A stretch of 64,000 bases of DNA, taken from assembly GCA_001724265.1 (NCBI GenBank), contig MEDY01000026.1, forward strand, positions 1 through 64,000, in the 5' to 3' direction. The translations under genes and the position numbers were made by a program. Positions 60,626-64,000 of the stretch are shown one piece after another; position 1 is the stretch's first letter; each line of letters begins with the position of its first letter. The notes beneath the pieces were generated by a model. The model worked only from the letters and a program-made list of their open reading frames with translations, was not told the DNA's origin and made no database searches. The DNA comes from Rhizaria sp. SCN 62-66. Its lineage: Eukaryota.

Positions 60626-61150
60626 ATTCATCATAAACTAACAGCAACCATTCATGCCTTTGCACTAACTCGTGCTTTTCTCGCTTATTCTGCACCGTAT
60701 GAGGTCAGGTTAGGGCCATCTCAACGATAACTAGCTCGCAATACAATCTACAAACACTTCACTTTGCATGAAGGACAGATCTGATCGCGCTATTTGTCGA
60801 TGCGTTTTAATTGTATTTTCGTATTTTCTCGAACAATATTGTCGTAGCAGTTCAATATCTATTTATTTGCTCGTGCTTTAATTCGCTTACAGTTGTCATG
60901 ACAAGTGACAACAAGTGAACAAGAAAACGCCCTACGTTCAGAGCTCTTTCATTGGGCAATTTATATTGCACCCAGCGTGACGCGATAGTCATAATTTACT
61001 TTTTTATTACACCTATACCTAACAATCATCATTTGAATATGTAACATTTTCCGAAAATCAAAAATCAAACCAAACGCAACGCAACACCGTTAGTTCTATC
61101 AAATTGCTTGCTTGCATTTCAACCTATTGCACATGAGCACATTTGTGCAT

Positions 61151-62515
61151 TTAGCAGTACTGCTGGATGGCGTTAAGGAGCGTGTGGCACTCCTTCTTAT
61201 AGTCGACGGGCGTGACACGGAACACCTGCGCACGCACCGCCACGTTGTCATCCTGCCCGCGGTCCGGCTTGGCGCGCAGGCGGAACTCCCACAGAGTGTT
61301 CTGCCGGTCCGCGAAGACACGGGCCAACGCCGCCGGGTCGGTCCCCATCGCGGCCTCCAGGTCGCGCGCCGTGACGCCCAGCACAGACGCGGCCTCCTCG
61401 TTGAACGCCGAGACGAACCGGCTCGCAGAGCTGTCTGCGATGGCGAACGACAGCATGTAGCGCGGCTCGTAGTGGTCGTACGAGCGCTGGCACTTCTCGC
61501 ACCAGTACTGGCCGGTGCTCTGGTCAGCGGTAACCTTCTTGTTGCAGCCCTGACCGGGGCACGCGGTGTACCACGGAACCTTCTCCGCGTTGGGTTTGAG
61601 GTAGGTGATCCACGCCCGCACCGACACGTACTGCCCCGCGCCACCCATGCCCTCGGCGATGATGTTGTCGTCGTTAATGTCGGCCAGCAAACCCAGCGCG
61701 TCGCGGGCGCCCGTGCCGCCGGCGCCGCTCGCGCCGCCACGAACCGAGAGTGTCTCAACCGTCGACTGCGCGCCCGTGGAGGAGTACCATTGCGCCAGCG
61801 CGGCGGCCTCGGAGGAGCCGGTCGGGTTGATGGCGAGCTTGGAGTCGAACGTGGTCGACAGCGAGCGGCCCGAGAACTCAGAGACGCGGCATGCGCGGAC
61901 GGCGACGACCGGGTTGCCCTGTAGGTAGTTGTCGTTGTGCGGCTCGGCCTGGTCGCCCCACAGCGTGAGCGAGATCGAGGTGAGCGTGTCGTCCATGATG
62001 GTGATGTCGCGCTTCACGAGGTCACGGCCGGCCTTGGACCGCAGGCTCTGGACCGGGTTCACGGCCGTCACAACGCCCAGCACGTCGCACTTGGCCTCGG
62101 CGGGAAGGGACGCAATCTGGCCAATCTTGGTGAACGAGCCGTAGTGCTCAGACTTGATATTGGCGTCGTCGGGGCAGTTCTGGATCACGGAACGCTCGTC
62201 GAAGGTGAGCTCGTCTTCGTTGGTCATCTTGTTGCTGCCCTTGCGGCCGCCGGAGAAGGTGTAGACGGAGCCCGGGATGATATACTCAAAGAACTGATCG
62301 ACGCCCTTGTTGAAAAAGGTCGCCTTGATGGAGCGGCCCGAGGCGTCGAGCAGCTCGCACGCGAAGAGCTTGCCCTCACCGCGCTGGTTCGTGTACGTGC
62401 GGATATCCGTCTTGGACGTGACACGGACCTTGATCGTCCAGCGCGGAGCGTAAGGACTAATCTCGGAGATCAGCTGGATGTGGTCTTGTGCCGAAGGACC
62501 GCCGTGGCCGTACAT
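61151..62515 (-). CDS. RPA1: Replication protein A large subunit, short form (OB folds A, B, C with zinc finger), ~454 aa
   Basis: ISEISPYAPRWTIKVRVTSKTDIRTYTNQRGEGKLF (DBD-A); DVLGVV..KRDITIMDDT..SLTLWG..VSEFSGRSLS (DBD-B); WYTACPGQGCNKKV..WCEKC..RYML (DBD-C with C4 zinc site). Ends TAA. Confidence 0.92.
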   Translation of the reverse strand: MYGHGGPSAQDHIQLISEISPYAPRWTIKVRVTSKTDIRTYTNQRGEGKLFACELLDASGRSIKATFFNKGVDQFFEYIIPGSVYTFSGGRKGSNKMTNEDELTFDERSVIQNCPDDANIKSEHYGSFTKIGQIASLPAEAKCDVLGVVTAVNPVQSLRSKAGRDLVKRDITIMDDTLTSISLTLWGDQAEPHNDNYLQGNPVVAVRACRVSEFSGRSLSTTFDSKLAINPTGSSEAAALAQWYSSTGAQSTVETLSVRGGASGAGGTGARDALGLLADINDDNIIAEGMGGAGQYVSVRAWITYLKPNAEKVPWYTACPGQGCNKKVTADQSTGQYWCEKCQRSYDHYEPRYMLSFAIADSSASRFVSAFNEEAASVLGVTARDLEAAMGTDPAALARVFADRQNTLWEFRLRAKPDRGQDDNVAVRAQVFRVTPVDYKKECHTLLNAIQQYC

Positions 62516-62722
62516 CGAGCGTTGCTGTAGAGGCGCGGGCAAAGTAGGTTGACGGAAGACAGAGCGAAAGTTAAGTGGGCGGAAATGCCAGAGTTAGCGT
62601 CTTGATAATGAGAAATCGAATAAAAATACAAAGACAAACTCCACTATATATGCGAAATATTAGCGCTATATATCATTTTGACGAATGGCTATGGCGGTGG
62701 ATGATATGATGTGAGAGCCTCT

Positions 62723-62746
62723 TTTGGCGCCAATGATGGCGATTGG
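62723..62746. promoter_or_regulatory. Candidate E2F site (TTTGGCGC, within palindrome TTGGCGCCAA) with CCAAT boxes in the divergent RPA1/BUB3 promoter
   Basis: TTTGGCGC at 62723-62730 matches the TTTSSCGC consensus. CCAAT at 62730-62734 and ATTGG at 62742-62746. Lies between the divergent ATGs at 62515 and 63006. Confidence 0.4.
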
Positions 62747-63005
62747 GTGGGCTGGGCGGGCTCCTTTTGGATTTGCTTGGCGGGCAGACAGCTGCCAGTC
62801 CGAGTGACCGAGACTGACGCGTGCTAAGCGACAGCGCGTATCTCGGCTGTATCTCCGTCAGTGAACATTTCGACATTGTTTTCGTATACCCCACGCAGCG
62901 TTAATTAGTATATCTAAATCTGGTGTCAAACACTACTATATACCCCTTCAAATCCACTCTGGCCTTTTCTTGTTCTCCGTGCACAGGGACTCTCCGCTCG
63001 CCCTC

Positions 63006-64000
63006 ATGTCTAAGGCCAAGGCGGACGCCGCCCTCATCACAACTTGCCCCGCGCCGCCCCCCGACTCGGTCTCTGCGCTGAGCTTTGGCCGCGAGTCCGA
63101 CATGCTCGCCGCAGCCTCCTGGGACGGCGCTGTGCGCGTATACAACGGTGCCGCCACTGGCTGCGGCGAGCTGCTTTGGACCGGCGCCGACACCGACCCT
63201 CTGCTCGACTGCACGTTCGGCGTCACCGACGACACGCTCTTCGCCGCCGGCCTCTCAGGCTCTGTCCTCTGCTTCGACCCTTCACAACAGCAGTTGTCCT
63301 CCACCTCATCAGAATCCGCAACTGCATCTGTCGTGGGCAGCCACGACGGCCCCGTCTCGTCTCTCTGCTACGACCCGTTCGTCACGAACACGTTGCTCTC
63401 GGCCGGCTGGGACGGCGCCGTCAAGCAGTGGGACCTCCGCACTGCGTCCCCACTTGTCGCCACGGCCCGTCTTGGTGCAGTCGCAGTCGCCGCTGGCGGC
63501 GGCGTGACCAAGGCCCTCAGCATGGACGCCACAGGCCACAAGCTCGTCGTCGCCGGCACAAACCGCGTGATCGAAGTCTTCGATCTTCGGCGCATGGGGC
63601 GGTTTCTGCAGGCGCGCGAGTCGTCGCTGGCATCGCAAACGCGCCGTGTGCGCTGCAGTCCTGATGGCGAGCGGTTCGTGGTCGCTGGCATGGAAGGGCG
63701 CATTGCAGTCGAGATGATCGATCCGTCGCCTGAGGCACAGGTACGCATAATTGTCACGATTACGGCGTATATCACTTAACATCGCAACATGTGAAATGAA
63801 CTCTAACATTGATTTTAAATCTAAGGTTTTCAATCAACATTTTCATGTCATTCTGCGGTGGAGCAGCTTCATCCTAAGTCCTTCCCCTTTTGATCACTTT
63901 TTGTTTTTGTTTTTGACTCGTATCTATAGGCTCAGAAGTACGCCTTCAAGTGCGCCCAGCAGGCGTTGCCGGACGGCGCGCGCTTCATGTCCCCCATCCA
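63006..64000 (+). CDS. BUB3: WD40 spindle-checkpoint protein Bub3 (partial; truncated by window end)
   Basis: Exons 63006-63740 and 63930 to beyond 64000. PPPDSVSALSF..AASWDGAVRVY..PLLDCTF..SAGWDGAVKQWDLR..RESSLASQTRRVRC..MEGRIAVE.IDPSPEAQ|AQKYAFKC. Confidence 0.9.

Noticed and set aside
62673-62894. 73-aa minus ORF as an upstream RPA1 exon
   Set aside because: It shows no OB-fold resemblance and no matching donor, and it overlaps the promoter-like spacer.
506-63833. Hundreds of overlapping antisense and alternate-frame ORFs (poly-Cys, poly-Leu, Arg/Pro-rich)
   Set aside because: They are shadow ORFs expected from very GC-rich coding DNA and CAG/GCN repeats. They lack recognisable motifs and overlap better-supported genes.
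63930-63965. BUB3 KYAFKCAQ in place of the usual KYAFKCHR as a sign of a pseudogene
   Set aside because: The rest of the protein is intact. A two-residue change in a divergent lineage is not enough to call loss of function.

Overview
Eukaryotic (protist-like) nuclear DNA with GC-rich, Ala/Ser/Gln low-complexity-laden exons, short AT-rich GT-AG introns and short intergenic spacers. I can build 12 gene models (11 complete, BUB3 cut by the window end): a WSC-domain type I membrane protein, a ~4,100-aa Zn2Cys6+PAS transcription factor, a degenerate OTC-like protein, CCDC148, a ~3,500-aa coiled-coil membrane protein, PDIA6, OXLD1, an unknown helical protein, SKI2, PSMG3/PAC3, a short RPA1 and BUB3. 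The main finding is an apparent non-standard nuclear genetic code. Six TAG codons sit in frame inside five otherwise intact genes, three of them exactly where a Gln codon is expected in polyQ or QP runs. All 11 complete genes end in TAA (6) or TGA (5), never TAG. This points to UAG=Gln with UAA still a stop, a rare decoupled code. In addition, all 14 inferred introns start GT(A/T)CG rather than GTRAG. All family assignments come from motif recognition by eye; no database searches were run.
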